A DNA stretch of 64,000 bases from Trichosphaerium sp. ATCC 40318 (Eukaryota > Protista > Tubulinea). Made by a program: the position numbers and the translations under genes. The DNA lies in the NCBI GenBank assembly GCA_038496445.1, contig JALMLS010000279.1, forward strand, positions 62,001 to 126,000. The letters run 5' to 3'. Below, piece by piece: positions 26,479 to 40,080 of the stretch. Every line of letters begins with the position of its first letter. Position 1 is the first letter of the stretch. A model generated the notes under the pieces. That model worked only from the letters and a program-made list of their open reading frames with translations. It was not told the origin of the DNA and did no database searches.

Positions 26479-27175
26479 GATTTAATTATGTAACCACAAA
26501 ATAAATTTGGTGCGGTTAAGCCTAATTCTAACTACCGTTAATGTAACCCTCGCCTTACAGTTCCTTTGGGCTAATGAAGACGTTAGCTAAACCACTTGAA
26601 GTAAGCGGTTAAAAGTTGAAACAAAAAAAAGCATGCCCAAACTTAGGTTCTCAAGCGTATCCGAGACTATCTGTGCGCTTAGGCTACTGCGAGTCGAAAT
26701 ACTGAGGGCCTAGTGATTGTAACGCCTTAAAATAACCTGCTTTTACCGTACGTTAACAAACGTGGCGACCTCCAGCAAAAATTCAACAAATCGAAAAGGT
26801 TTGTATCCACCTTTCTTATTTTTTTCTAAGTTTAAAATAGCCGTTTGGGTAACAAGTCGAAGTACTATCAGAAAACGTTTTAGAAAAATATGTTATACGA
26901 TATTAGAACAATTTACATAATTTTTCTAAACGTTTAGAGTTTGTAAGTAAAAATAACTCACAATTCTATCTCATTTTTTTCCGTGTTTTTATGCACTGAG
27001 AAAAAAATTCATTATTTTCAAGCTTTGCGCTTTTAAACACGTACGAAGGTATGTATTTTATACTAATACGTGCTTTTAAACACTCCGCACGCCTACAAAC
27101 GACAAAAGGACTCTTTTCTCCTGATTTTCGTTCCAACTCGCTCTAAAGCTGTTCTAGCCCCACTTGCAATTTAAT

Positions 27176-29142
27176 ATGAGTTACGAAGGAGAACCACAAA
27201 CCACAGAAGAGCAACCTAGCAACCCTTAGTAAGTTTCGTCACATCTTCAGTTCTGTATGCTTATAATAAAAGCGAGGACAATGCTCCTCCTGCTGACGAG
27301 GCCCCTGAAGCCGAAAACCCTTACGAGGAGGGAACTGCCGAATCTAACATCGAGGACGAAGCTATTGACTCTTTCGATAACATGGGCTTGAAACCTGATC
27401 TCTTGCGTGGTATTTACGCTTACGGTTTCGAAAAACCATCTACCATTCAACAACGCGCAATTCTTCCATTCACAAGGTATTTCAGCGTTATTGAGACGTT
27501 TTTTACTAAATATTACGCTTATTTCCTTGCTTTTCCTAACTTGTATTTCCCATTTAGAGGCCGTGATATCATTGCCCAAGCTCAATCCGGTACCGGTAAG
27601 ACCGCTACTTTCGCTGTTGGTATTTTGCAATCGATCGACAACAACGTCGCACAAGCACAAGCTCTTATCCTTGCACCAACCCGCGAACTTGCTCAACAAA
27701 TTCAAAAAGTAAGCACAAAGTTATTCTCTTTTAAAAAAATCAAAAAGTTGAATTCCAGAGTTTCCTCTTTTTACTTTATTCTAACATTGTATTTTAGGCC
27801 ACCCAAGCTCTAGGTGACTACCTTAAAGTCCGTGTACACGCCTGTATTGGTGGTACTCGTGTCAGAGACGATCTAGCTGCTTTGCGCCAAGGTTAGTTTA
27901 AAATAGATAATATAACTACCAAACGGCGAATTCAGAACTAATTTGTTTATATTAGGTGTCCACGTAGTTGTCGGTACCCCTGGTCGTGTATTCGATATGC
28001 TTTCCCGCCGCGCTCTCCCTCCATCGTACATCAAGGCTTTCGTACTCGATGAAGCCGATGAGATGCTTTCCCTTGGTTTCAAGGAGCAAATCTACGAAAT
28101 CTTCAGGGTACACTAAGTTTAATTTGTTTTTTCGTCTATTTCTCTCCAATACGCTTTAGCCTTTATTAAATCGTTTTTAGAAATTGCCATCTGATGTCCA
28201 AGTCGGTCTTTTCTCCGCTACCATGCCTCGTGATGCTTTGGAAATCACCAAAAAATTCATGAACAAGCCAATCCAAATTTTGGTAAAACAAGACGAACTT
28301 ACCCTTGAAGGTACGCTTTATAACGCGATTGTTGGAAAATATTTTCTTGATTGGATAAAATCCATTTATTGCGCTTTTGTTTTTAATTTGTAGTGATGCT
28401 CTTATATTGCGTTTCTAATACTTGTGTAAGGTATTCGTCAATTTTTCATCAACGTCGAACGTGGTGACTGGAAACTCGAAACCCTCATTGATTTATACGA
28501 GACAATCTCAATCTCCCAAGCTGTTATTTTCTGCAACACCAGAAGGAAGGTCGACTGGCTCACCGACCAATTGCGTGGAAGAGAATTCACAGTATCTGCC
28601 ACTGTACGTTTACATTCTTTGTTGCGTATACTTCTATGTTGCATAGTTTTCTTTGCTTTTTGTTTAAGTTGTTTTCATTCGCTCATGTTTTTCCGTAGCA
28701 TGGTGATATCGACCAAAAAGAGCGTGATGAGATTATGGGCGACTTCAGAAGCGGTCAATCCCGTATCTTGATCACCACTGATCTTCTCGCTCGTGGTATT
28801 GATGTACAACAAGTTTCTCTCGTTGGTACGTTTTTTGGATTTTAAAGCATAGTGTTATCGTTGCTTGTCTTCTAGTGTATTGATTGTTGTTTTAGTAAAC
28901 TACGATTTACCACGTAACTTGGAGAACTACATCCATCGTATCGGTCGTTCTGGTCGTTTCGGTAGAAAGGGTGTTGCCATCAACCTTGTCACCAAGGATG
29001 ATCTCCATACCTTGCAAGACTTGGAGAGATTTTACAACACCAATGTCGAACCTATGCCTGTACGTTTTTAGTTTGAAGAGCAAGGTGTTTTTCTTTATTT
29101 ACTGATTTTTGCTTTCAGGCCAACATCGCGGATCTCTTGTAG
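27176..29142 (+). CDS. eIF4A: Eukaryotic translation initiation factor 4A (DEAD-box helicase)
   Basis: [69 protein letters not shown]. Confidence 0.97.
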
Positions 29143-29314
29143 ATATAAATGCATTGTGCATTACGGGAATAATAACATTATACTTTCCCATTTTTAAAAA
29201 ATTCATTGTTGTTTGGTTCGGGTTCCTTGTATTAGTACCGAAATAAAAGGATATTCGTTAATTTGACGTGTTGTTGTTTCCTTTACCTTCCAATTGAAGT
29301 TATTGTAATATATA

Positions 29315-29790
29315 TTGTCGTACTTTGATATTCCTCAATCATCTCTTTGTGCGGTTGTCAGAACGTGCCGATTGCTTGCACAAGTGGTATGGGAGCACAT
29401 ATCAATACGAGAGGTCTCGTTAACACATTGGCGTGATTTGTTAGAGGAAAAGTATTGCAACCTTGCAGGTGTCCACGCTATCAAGTTAATCAATTGTAAT
29501 AAGATTACAGGCTCAGGTGTTCAAGCTCTGGTGGTGTGCATTCAATTGATGTAACATTCTGTGGCGTAGTTACAGACATAGGATTTAGTGCGTTGAAAGG
29601 TGTATATGGACTATGTGCTAATTACAGCACTAATATTAGATGGATATCTCTTTCTGGTATATCAATACTACAGGTATCTAATTGTCCAAGAGTTACAGAT
29701 GTTGGTGTGTCATCGCTTGTTGGTATCAAAGAGCTCTAATGTGTCATGGTGTAACTTGTTAATGATAATGATATAAAGGACTCACTAGCC
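29315..29790 (+). pseudogene. Frameshifted intronless F-box/LRR pseudogene
   Basis: F-box-like VVRTCRLLAQV and LRR LAGVHAIKLINCNKIT split across frames (29315-29554 and 29536-29739), with early stops. Confidence 0.7.
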
Positions 29791-30100
29791 TATAATATTG
29801 TATTGCTTACAAGAGCATAGTTTTTGTCACCTCGCCAAGAGCTTTGTTTGCGACATTTGCATTCGTGTAGGTCACGTGCCAGACTTGGGAAAGAGTTTAC
29901 AGGCTTGTTAAAAGTGAATTTGACAACGTATTAGTACTCTTCGTGGTGCGGCTCGAGTTAACGAAATTGATTCAAAACTTAACTTTGCAAAGTTCTCTGA
30001 AATTCTAGCGACATCATACTATCGTTTTTAGATTTTACACCAGTACTCTGTGTTCTCAGGGAACGACTAGTAGTTTGGTAGAGTTTTGTACGCGGGAACG

Positions 30101-32777
30101 ATGGCAGATACGCTACGTAAGCGCAAACGCACGAAAGAAGAGAAAACAAACGATGAGGAACCCAGTAGTACAACTAGTGACGACACAGATGATACCTCAG
30201 TAAAAGCTAGCGATTCACAAATCAAAACGTTGGAAAAGCGTATACAGGATGCCAGACGTGTATTTGAGCGGCAACTGACAAAAATACGCGAAGAACACGA
30301 GCAAAAAATATATGTCGCAATCATTGCCGGTATCGCGCTTACCTTAGCAGTGCTAGGAGCTTTAGGTACTAATAGCGCTCTAAAACTTATGCTTACCTCC
30401 AAAAGCCGTTATTTACGCGCCAGACACGATTAAAGAAGGCTGGGACCCTTTACTTAACGACACTGTAGCATATGTAAATGGCACAGCAGGTACAAAAAAA
30501 ATTAGTTATAAACGTTTAAAAACGCCTGGCAACAACCTCAACGCGTACTAGAAATACTATCGAGCTACTGGAAAAACGCAACTCAACCGTTTGTGTCACG
30601 AACAGTAAAAGATCGGCCCGGAGAGACACTCAGTAAAGCAGGATACGGTGTCCATCATCCAGTTATTATGATACCAGGCAAGAAGCAGAGGAAAAAACAC
30701 TTTCACATGATTTTGTTAATTTGTTTTAAAGGTTTGGTTACCTCTCATTTGGAGCTTTGGAAGGCTAATGATGATTGGCCGGGTTTCTTTCGTCAAAGAC
30801 TTTGGGGATCAATTGACATGGTACAATGCTTATTACGTAATCCTGCACTTTGGGTAAAGTACATGCAGCTTAACACAACAACTGGTACGTTTTGCTTTTT
30901 TTTTTTTCGCTTCTGAACTTTTCTTGGTTATTAATTGTCTTCCAGGTCTTGATCCAGATGGTATTAAACTGCGTGCTGTTGAAGGATTTTCTGGAGCAGA
31001 TTACTTGTTACCGAGTTACTGGGTGAGTGGAGTACCAGGAACTGAGGATACTTACCATACTATTAATAGGTTTTTGCTAAGCTGATTCAAAATCTTGGAG
31101 ACTTAGGTTATGATTCATCAACCATGCACATGGCCAGTTACGATTGGAGGTTAGCTACACCATTGCTAGAGAAAAGAGATAATTATTTCTCGAGACTAAA
31201 GGTACAACATGTTTATACTTTACGGCATAACCGCCGTTAGTTAAAAGCTCATTACTTAGAACACATTTTCTGACTTTTTTCCTTTAGAGTACTATACAGG
31301 AGCTAGTAAAATTCCGTGAGAAGAAGGTAGTCGTGTATGCTCATAGTATGGGCACAAATGTATTTTATTACTTTCTAAATTGGGTCAAACATCGTGATCC
31401 TACATGGGTGGCACGTGATTTTTTTGTAGAAGAAGTTTTTGACTGTGTACTTACTTTATGACTAGGATAAACATGTTGATTCGTTTATTCCTATAGGAGG
31501 ACCATTCTTGGGTGTATCTAAGGCAGTGTCAACATACTTATCAGGTAAGACTAGATTAAGAACTTTTTTTTCGTATACGTTTGAAAAAGTCACTGTTTCT
31601 TTTATTTTACTACACCTGTTGATGGAAATCGTTTTTTTATGACTTTTTTTGCGTGTGCTTATGTGTTTTTGTAGCTCAGATGCGTGAGACTTCACAATTT
31701 GCTGCTGTTATGCCAATAATCAATCAGATTGTTACTCATAAAGATCGCTTACAAATCTTTCGAAGTTTCTATTCAGGTGGCTCTATGCTACCTAAAGGTA
31801 ACTTGTTGCAATGACGTATATTATATAAACTATAAATAGGTGGTAATCTCGTTTGGGGTGACGAATCCGGCGCTCCAGATGACTTGGAAGGTTTCAGCGT
31901 TAAGCACTTTTTAAAGTTTGACGAAGACGGCACAGCAAAGAACTTGACATTAGATGAGTCTCTTGAGTTCTTGTGGGATCAACTTGGTTCTCCATATGCT
32001 GAGTTACTACAAAATTGGTAAGCACTCTCGAAGCAACAGAGTTCGTTTTTCGCAAAACTGTACAGAATACTTACAAAAAAAAAAGGTATTCACTTGGCGT
32101 TGCAAAAAACCTTTCAGATCCGAAGTATGACAACGAAAAGTACTGGACAAATCCTCTTGAATCATCTCTACCGAATGCGCCTAATTTTAAAATATTTTGT
32201 TTGTATGGCGTTGGTCAAGACTCTGAGAGGTAATCCTATAAAAAAATTCTGCAAAAGAAATTAACATCTGTTTTAGAGGTGCTTGGTACACAAAGGCTGC
32301 TTCTAACAGTTCTGCAACTGAATACGTTGTAAACGCATCCAAAAATAATAAAGAATGTAATATAAGCTATGGTATGCAAATTGGAGAGGGAGATCACACA
32401 GTACCATTATTATCCCTTGGGTACGAGCTTGAAGAAAAAAAAAGTGTTGTTGCTGATATTCTTGTTGTAGCTACATGTGTGTTAAGGGTTGGAATATAAA
32501 GAGATATAATCCACATGGCGTAAAGGTTATAACTAGAGAATTTGAACATAAACCTGAGTGGGGAACATCAAGAGGAGGTGGTTCTTCAGCTGATCATGTT
32601 GATTTACTTGGAAACGATGATTTCTTAACTCATGCTTTAAAAATCGCGTCTGGGCGCATAGACGATATCAGCGATAATAGAATATTCAGCAAGTACGCAA
32701 TTTATATTTAGTAAAATACACAACTCACTGTATGCTATAGAATAGAGGAATACTCAGAGAAGGTGAAGCTATCGTGA
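30101..32777 (+). CDS. PDAT: Phospholipid:diacylglycerol acyltransferase (LCAT family, LRO1/PDAT-like) with N-terminal TM helix
   Basis: HPVIMIPGLVTSHLELW, FRQRLWG, LDPDGIKLRA, YDWRL, AHSMG, NPLESSLPNAP, CLYGVG, GEGDHTVP, DHVDLLG. Confidence 0.92.
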
Positions 32778-32984
32778 AGCCAATAAAAAAAAAAACTACA
32801 AACTAAAATAAAAAAAATCTAAAAATAAGTTGGCATTTCACTCGACATCAAAAAAAACCGAAGACGAACAAAAGTTGTGTAAATAAATACAATAAATACA
32901 ACTCTTTTATTTCTTGTTTAAATTACAGTTAATTGAATATGTACAAGTCAGTCATTGACTATTATTATAATACAAATCGAACTT

Positions 32985-33498
32985 TTATGAAATGGGTGGC
33001 ATAGATTTTCTGATATTACGAGCCCTATCACGTGTTCTACATGTTGGGTTTTCCTGAAGCTCTAAAAAAATTGTTGTTAGTCAAGCGCGCCTTGTGTTTT
33101 TATGTTGTGTACATACCAGATGATTTATCCAACCAGAAAACTGCACGTTCCGCCTTTTTTTCCGCTTGTAATACCATAGCAAAGGCAAAGCATAAATTTG
33201 CTAAACGTAAACCTTGCTCTTTGCTTGATATCATTTTTTGAGTCTTTAGGCACCATTGCTGCGCTTGTATATCCCTTGCTGTCATCCACATCTGTTAAAT
33301 CAAATGTTAATTCCTAGCTCCCAAAACACGTGGTTCTAGACGTACTTGAGTTACATCTAAGTTGAGGGCAAAGTAGTCTTCGTGTACTTTTGGCATTGTT
33401 TGCATAGTTACAGCATGTACCGAGCGGTTCAATACAGATGCATGGTCAATCAGCATCTTTCTAATTGGCGCGCTATTCGCTCTTCTTCTTCTGCTCAT
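32985..33498 (-). CDS. Small hypothetical protein, three exons
   Basis: ORFs 33307-33498 and 33100-33291 join through a GT-AG intron, with a third exon ending at TAA 32985-32987. Confidence 0.5.
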
Positions 33499-33619
33499 CT
33501 CACCGTTGGTTTTTTGTAATTTTATGTATGACTGTTGATGACGTTAATCTACATAGTTCTTTTCTCAATACAGTATTTACTTCAGTTGTACCTATGTAGT
33601 TTATTCTCCGATTTCAACA

Positions 33620-33955
33620 CATTCACGTTGTTACACGTTGGTATACATATTTGAGCACGTGATTCCTCCGGGACATTGTATTATAAGTGTGGTCAGGTAT
33701 AGAAGCGGCTGAGAGCCTGGTAGATGTATCGGAGTTGATGTAAGTGTAAAACTAGCTTCGACTTGGTGTACGAGGTTGCGTGTATAGTCTAGTTTTTGTT
33801 TCTTAGTTGTCTCTGTATTTCATCATGGAGTCCAGCTCCAGAAATGAGTATCTCCGTAAATGTCCGCTTCAGGGTTCAAGAGTGTTTGAGCGGTTACAGG
33901 TCTTTTTGAAACTATATTCTCGGTTGGAATCGCCGAATAGTACAATGTGACTCAT
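33620..33955 (-). pseudogene. Possible decayed SGNH/PC-esterase-like fragment
   Basis: MSHIVLFGDSNRE and, in another frame, ILISGAGLHD. Interrupted by stops and frameshifts. Confidence 0.3.
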
Positions 33956-34430
33956 TTCCCTTGCGAACTTTACGGTTCGGTTTCTGAGTTATCAACAACT
34001 AAATAGCCAATCATCCCTGTTGCTGTAGACCGTCGACACGTCGTGTTAAACTGTACTATAGAAGTTATAACTCTGACGTTTGGGAAAGCTACCGACAATG
34101 TATAAGTGGGAACTAGCACGGGCGGTGGTTACATTTTTATACTTCGGACGAAGCAACAGAGCCTAGGGGGTATTTAGAAAGACAATGAGATTATTATCGT
34201 AACCTAAAATTACTTGTCAGTGATAGCTTTACAAGAATAAATCAAGAACTGTTTGTATACAAGTGTATTATAGATAGCGGAGTAATAGCGGTTAATACCA
34301 TCGGTATTAAATGCGATATGTCAACTGCTTGCCATCGCACTAATCTTACGAGAAAAGCACAAACCATTCAATTCGTGCCTAAAAATTCTCTTGTCACGTG
34401 TCACCAATAGTCACTTCCATCAACACCACA

Positions 34431-34500
34431 GTTTTTCCGTGTGTTCGTTTAAACATGTTTTACCATAGTTTGTCCGTGTGTTCGTTTAACCATGTTTTTT
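34431..34500 (+). repeat. Two-copy ~38-bp tandem repeat just upstream of metzincin copy 1
   Basis: TCCGTGTGTTCGTTTAA(A/C)CATGTTTT occurs twice. The paralogous promoter at about 41530-41565 has a single unit. Confidence 0.7.
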
Positions 34501-34516
34501 TTCACAAAAGCACACG

Positions 34517-37500
34517 ATGAGCTTCATCTCCGTCGCTTTGCTATTCGTATCCTGTATCTTTACCAGTGTTATGCTAGCGGATCAAACTAGCCACAAGCTG
34601 ACAGCAAAAGAGTTTGTGTTCTCTTATCAAAATCTTCGAACCAAACGTGCTGTTGAGTCCAGGTATGTGGTTCCAGGCTTGTAAGGAGGTTGATGGTTTT
34701 TTAGTGATGTATTGGAGATATCCGACGTGAGATATGGTCTAAAGGACATTACACTGTTTCTTAAACGCTCTATGAAAAGTAACCCAGGTACACAGTTTTC
34801 TTTTGATTGTAATTTTATTTTTCCGGCGCTGACGGAATAGTCTATGTAAAAGGAGACCGGGTAAACACTACTAAGGCCAAAGCTGCTATATTTACTGGCC
34901 ATATCATTGGAGACTCTGATAGTATAGTGGTACGCTCGTTTTCCTGTCGTTTCAGGCCAAAACACGTGTACATTGTGGGTTGACCCTACATTTTTTTAAC
35001 ACTGCCTGTTTTATAGGAGATTGTGAAGTGCAGGTTTTAGTTTTTTTTTTTAAAGTGTGTACTAACTATAAATAGGTTGTCCTACTGCGAGACTCTAAGA
35101 TCATGGGTATGGTTCATCTATCGGATGGCGAGGATCATTCTCTTACTTTTAACGAAACATTGTATCTCGTACCTATTGTGTACAATGTGTCACGCGATCA
35201 CCCAAAGCATCTCAACAGCTGTGCTACGCATGTTGACAACAAATCCGCTTGGCGAGGATACAAACGAAGTGTCCAGGCCACCAAACGCTCGTTGATTCCA
35301 ACTTGTTCTACAAATGGGGTTTCAAACTTCAACGGAAAACAGTACAACCTTCGACTAGCCATAGAATCAAATCCAGCTTATTTGGCTCGGTTTGCGTCTT
35401 CAACTGAAGCATCAGACTATATGGATCTTGTTGTAGCTACGGTACGATTTACTGCGCTTAAGGTTGTGATTTCTAACTCCTTTCGCACAGGTTTCAGCTA
35501 TCTACCTGCGTGACTTTTATGCCACTGTAGATCTTGTGATACACAATCTAGACAGTCCTCACGGGGAAGACAGAGATGTAATGAAAACTCATTATCTTGC
35601 AAATCCACCTACACAAGACTATGACTTTGGTATTGCGGTACGGGGTGGAAGCGGTGGTGGCTATGCAACAGTTGGTAAGTAATTTTACACGGTATATTTG
35701 AAAAGAATTACTAAAACATCAAAAAAGGAGGTCTGTGTTTGACTAACAAACAGTTTGGACATGTCGGATTTGCGACAACTTATGCAACCTCTGCTTACAA
35801 TGCAAAACATGACATTTACATTCTTGGACACGAGGTACTTTCAAAATCCAATTACCACAAAATTCACTACAGTTGGCTAACATTTTGTTAGATCGGTCAT
35901 CTTATTGGTTCTCAACACACATTCCATTCTGATTATACTCCTAAAATAGATGATTGCGATTATAATGGTATCAACCCTGCACCCGCTGATGGAGGTATAG
36001 TGTTTTTGTGTTTGTTTGTTGCTGCTTACAAATGTTTACTTGCTTTAGGTACAATTATGAGTTACTGTCATACTACAGGCTATCATAACATCAACTTGTA
36101 CATGGGAAAAGTTGGAGCATTTGGTTACCAGCACGTGCAAACTTGATTACTTGTCTAAATACTAACACGTTTTTTCTCTAAAAATAGGAGCGAAAGAGTA
36201 AATCAATTCATTCGTGATTATCTTGAAGACAAAGAAACATGTGCCAACCTAGCTTCCGAACCTTATGTAGTACGGTCAAATATCATTACTCGTGCCTTTT
36301 CTAAATCAACAATCGTAGGCACCGACACCTACCCTCCCTACTTTGTCAGGATCTGTTCCAGGAAGAATTGATGCAATTGAGTTTGTGGCGTTTTCAGATA
36401 CAACTCTCGGTTCACAAAGTACGAATTAACCAATTTATAAATGAATTTACAACCTTTGCATACACAGCTTCTTTGTCAGTCTGCTAGCGAGGAAACACTT
36501 AATTTTGTTCTTTAAATTTTTTAACAACGTTTTCTTCTAGGATCCACATTTGGAGATTTGTGTTGTAAACAAGACTATTATCAAGAATTTAAGTCTTCAC
36601 AATACCTTCCAGATATTATACCAAGAGATGCTAATGGAGATTGCGCTATTGGGAACATAGAGGCAAACGAATATATCGAGTACAATGTAGATTTTGGTGA
36701 ATCAAGCCAATATACATTCGAGTTGTCCTATGCGCGAGGCGACTCATGTGATACATCTGTTACAATAATTGTAGATGGAGTAGAACTGGAAACACTAAAC
36801 GCTCCAAGTACTGGAGATTGGAACACGTACAGCACAGTATCTGTACATCTCGGAAATTACAAGATTGATGATGGCGAAAAAACTGTTAGACTTCTCTTTC
36901 CTGACGGCGGCTTGAACATTCAGTGGTTTGATATGCAAACAGCTGTACCCTTCCTAGAGACTATATCGGGTACTATACCTGGTCTTATTCGTGGTTCTGA
37001 CTTTGTTGATTTCTTGGATGATACTCTTGGAGTACAAAGTACGTTTGTTGTGAGCATGTGAATCAATTTCGATGTTTTAAAGTGCACTTTTACTTTGTAC
37101 TTATCACACTTAACAGATTACCAACCCCAAGAGGATTATTGTGGCAAAAACCCGTACATTGACGCCAATAGAGCTACAACGAATCTCCCTGACTTATCCA
37201 AAAAAAATGCGGATGGATATTGTATCGTTCTAAGAATCAATGCAAATGAGTACATTACTTATCGAGTCCATGTTGATGCTCCAGGAGAATACGACTTTGA
37301 AATCAAAATCTCTAGAGGTCAGCCAGGGTGGAAGAATTTCGAGATTCTTGTGGACGATGTGTCAGCGGGTGTATTCACTATGATCCCTAATCTTAGTTGG
37401 AGTACCTTCGTTACAAGAACATTTTCTCTTGATCATTATTTCACAGAAGGATTACATGACATCAAACTGCTTTTTCTGCAGAGTGGTACTATCAGCACTT

Positions 37501-38213
37501 TCTATTATCAATGGTTCGATATGCAACTAAGAGCGCCTTCTCTTCCTTTACACTCAGGAAACGCACCAGATCAAATACGAGCTGTTGACTTTGTTGGTTT
37601 CCTTGACGATTCCCTTGGTTCTGAAAGCACGTGATTTTTCATTTTTGTTCTGATCGGATGAACGGCCAACTATTACATTTTTACAACGATTTTTCATGAT
37701 AGCGCCTCAAATTGCTTTTTGAATATTTAAAACTCTAGATGAATTGTCGATAGCTATTAACAATTCATCTATTTGATATTTACAAGATTTTAAACTAATA
37801 ACATAATAGAGCCAATTGATGGAGACTTATGTGGCCGCGAGTACTATTACAACACATTTCATTTACATGCTAACCTACCTGATATTGTTCCAACAAACCT
37901 TGACGCTGATGGTCTCTGTGCTATTGCTCACATAAATAATCTTGAATACGTAGAATATATTGTAAACACAGACACAGCAGGTGTATACACATTCGAATTG
38001 AACTATGCCAGAGGGTTTTCGGGAAGTGTTACTGTGGACATAGTTGTTGATTCAGTAGCCATGGCAACATTTACTGTTTCTAGCACAGGTGGTTGGTATT
38101 CGTACACTACAAGTAGTATATCGCTTGGATCGCTTTCAGTAGGGGATCATAATATTAAGCTTGATTTTAACGCAGGGGTTAACTACAGATGGTTTAAGTT
38201 AGAACTAGTTTAG
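34517..38213 (+). CDS. Secreted M12 (reprolysin-like) metzincin metallopeptidase with three CBM6-like domains, copy 1
   Basis: Signal peptide, HEIGHLIGSQH zinc motif (split by an intron), Met-turn GTIMSYCH, and three repeats of PG.I....F..F.D..LG...EY.EY.V...G.W..Y...WF. Confidence 0.88.
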
Positions 38214-38299
38214 AAACTGTTTATCTGAGGATTTTTTTACTTGCTTGATACACAGCTTGATGTTTGCGATCATGAATAAAAATGTAAAGAATTAACCAC

Positions 38300-38920
38300 C
38301 TCAGGCAATCTCCAAAAGTTTTCTTCATAGTGGGTTTTTCTTCGTTCTTCCAGTAACTACAATGAACTCAATCAAAAATTCAATAAAATTCAGTTACACA
38401 CTTCTTGAACAAACAGAAAGGAGCTACAGGTACATTAACAGCAGTTCACCTGCTTAAGTTTATCATCACAAATCACTTGCATGCTAAGCTTTTCATGAAC
38501 TGAATCAAATGTACCTGCTGAACATGCAAGACGTACTGAGTTTCATACTGTTCTAATACACCAAACTTTGCAGCCTGAATAGTCTTATACGCAGTTGAAG
38601 CTGCAGCAACTGTGGTAACTTTGCAATCTTGGATGACAAATAGTGTTTTTCAACTGAAAACTTCGTATTGATGAAACCTTCGGGTGTGCCAAGAATCATA
38701 GTATCCATATATTATAATAGAGTCCAATTGTTAATTAGATGTAAATTTGCACTCCGTGTATGTAATCCAAGCAAGTCATTCTCCTTGCATCAGATCAACC
38801 ATGTAATCACGTGTTGTATCACTTTGATCATTCCAAAGTTAAATTTATCAACACCATGATTTTGTACTAGTAAAAAGTAGAATAAATAGCGATCATTGGG
38901 TTGTTGAATAACTGCCAGTA
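38300..38920 (-). pseudogene. Deleted relic of the acyl-CoA synthetase (middle and 3' part)
   Basis: Blocks near-identical to 45970-47140 (e.g. TTCTTCGTTCTTCCAGTAACTACAA, GAATCAAATGTACCTGCTGAACATGCAAGACG) with internal deletions. Confidence 0.85.
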
Positions 38921-39708
38921 TGAGTTAAATTAGTGTTGTTAGTTTACATTTATACTATCCCTGCGCCTGGTGTTGTGAGTACCTGTTGAACAAAAAGAAC
39001 AATCGTAGACTGCTATGCAGCGCCTAGTTAAACTGTCTGTGGCTCCTTTTAATTCAAATTCCCTTCAGTCGAACAGGTACAAAATAATGTCTAGGAAGTG
39101 TCCATTCCTAAAATTACGTTTTATTAATCCAGTCTTTTACACATTGGTTGTAAACATTAGAAGTACCTTACATCACGAGACAACGCCAATACCCCTTTGT
39201 AGCTACTGCTTTAATTGTATGGAGCTGCTTAATATCCGAGTACTTGGAGATACGTTTTCTATGTAACAAAAACAAAAGTATCCTCCCTAGGTGAGGACAC
39301 GGTATTTTTATTTGTTTTCATTCAGATGCACTTCCTAGGTAAGGCCGCTGGTTTTTGTTTTTGAGAATTCTTTTTTTTTTTTTGGGTACCAAGTAAGTTC
39401 TATGTTCACCGATACTTTAAGATCACGGAAGCCGCTCATATATTTGTTACTTTTTTTTTTTTTTTTGGATTTTTTATTGGTTTTATAGACCGACCATTAT
39501 GTGTCTACTTTCGTCAGCCACTACGAAAGGTTTAAGGGTTTTATGTGAGTCGCTTCGGTTAGTCAAACCGAAACTAGCTGTGGAGAACTACTTCCATCTG
39601 ATATCTAGAATATTTTTGTTTCTTTTTATACCCATAAAAACTACACAAAAATAAATTGTGGTATTAATAGAAGCTTCTAGAAGGTTACTTCACTGAAATT
39701 TCTATTTT

Positions 39709-39915
39709 AATTACTCAAATATGGATAATGCACATTTCAAAACGCTCCCAAAGGCCTGTGATAGCTATTTACGCCCGTGGAAACCACATTGGACAAGTTT
39801 TGTATCTAAAAGCGTGCAACTAAACGAGAACTTCTTTTTTTAGATACTGTTTAGCAATTACTCAAATATGGATAACGCTCATTTGGAAAAACCACAAACC
39901 TTGTACTAGCTATTT
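39709..39915 (+). repeat. Imperfect direct repeat pair (about 60 bp, 147 bp apart)
   Basis: AATTACTCAAATATGGATAA(T/C)GC(A/T)CATTT...TAGCTATTT at 39709 and 39856. Confidence 0.7.
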
Positions 39916-40080
39916 TCATGTATTTAGAACTGTTTTGGCGGTATTTTATAAAAAATGTGGTGCTAGTGCAGGAAGAGGTAATCTTGAATCATAACATTTT
40001 AATCTTCTTCATTTTTTGTAAAAAGTAAACTTAAAGCTTTGAACATTTATTTGTCTCCCAAGTTGCTTGTGGCCTAAATC

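Noticed and set aside
27247-28646. Minus-strand ORFs overlapping eIF4A, and possible intronic snoRNAs
   Set aside because: The antisense frames arise from biased codon usage. No convincing C/D or H/ACA box pairs were seen in the introns.
39281-39966. Firm Helitron call
   Set aside because: The termini are compatible, but there is no clear GC-rich subterminal hairpin and no Rep/helicase. Kept only as a hypothesis.
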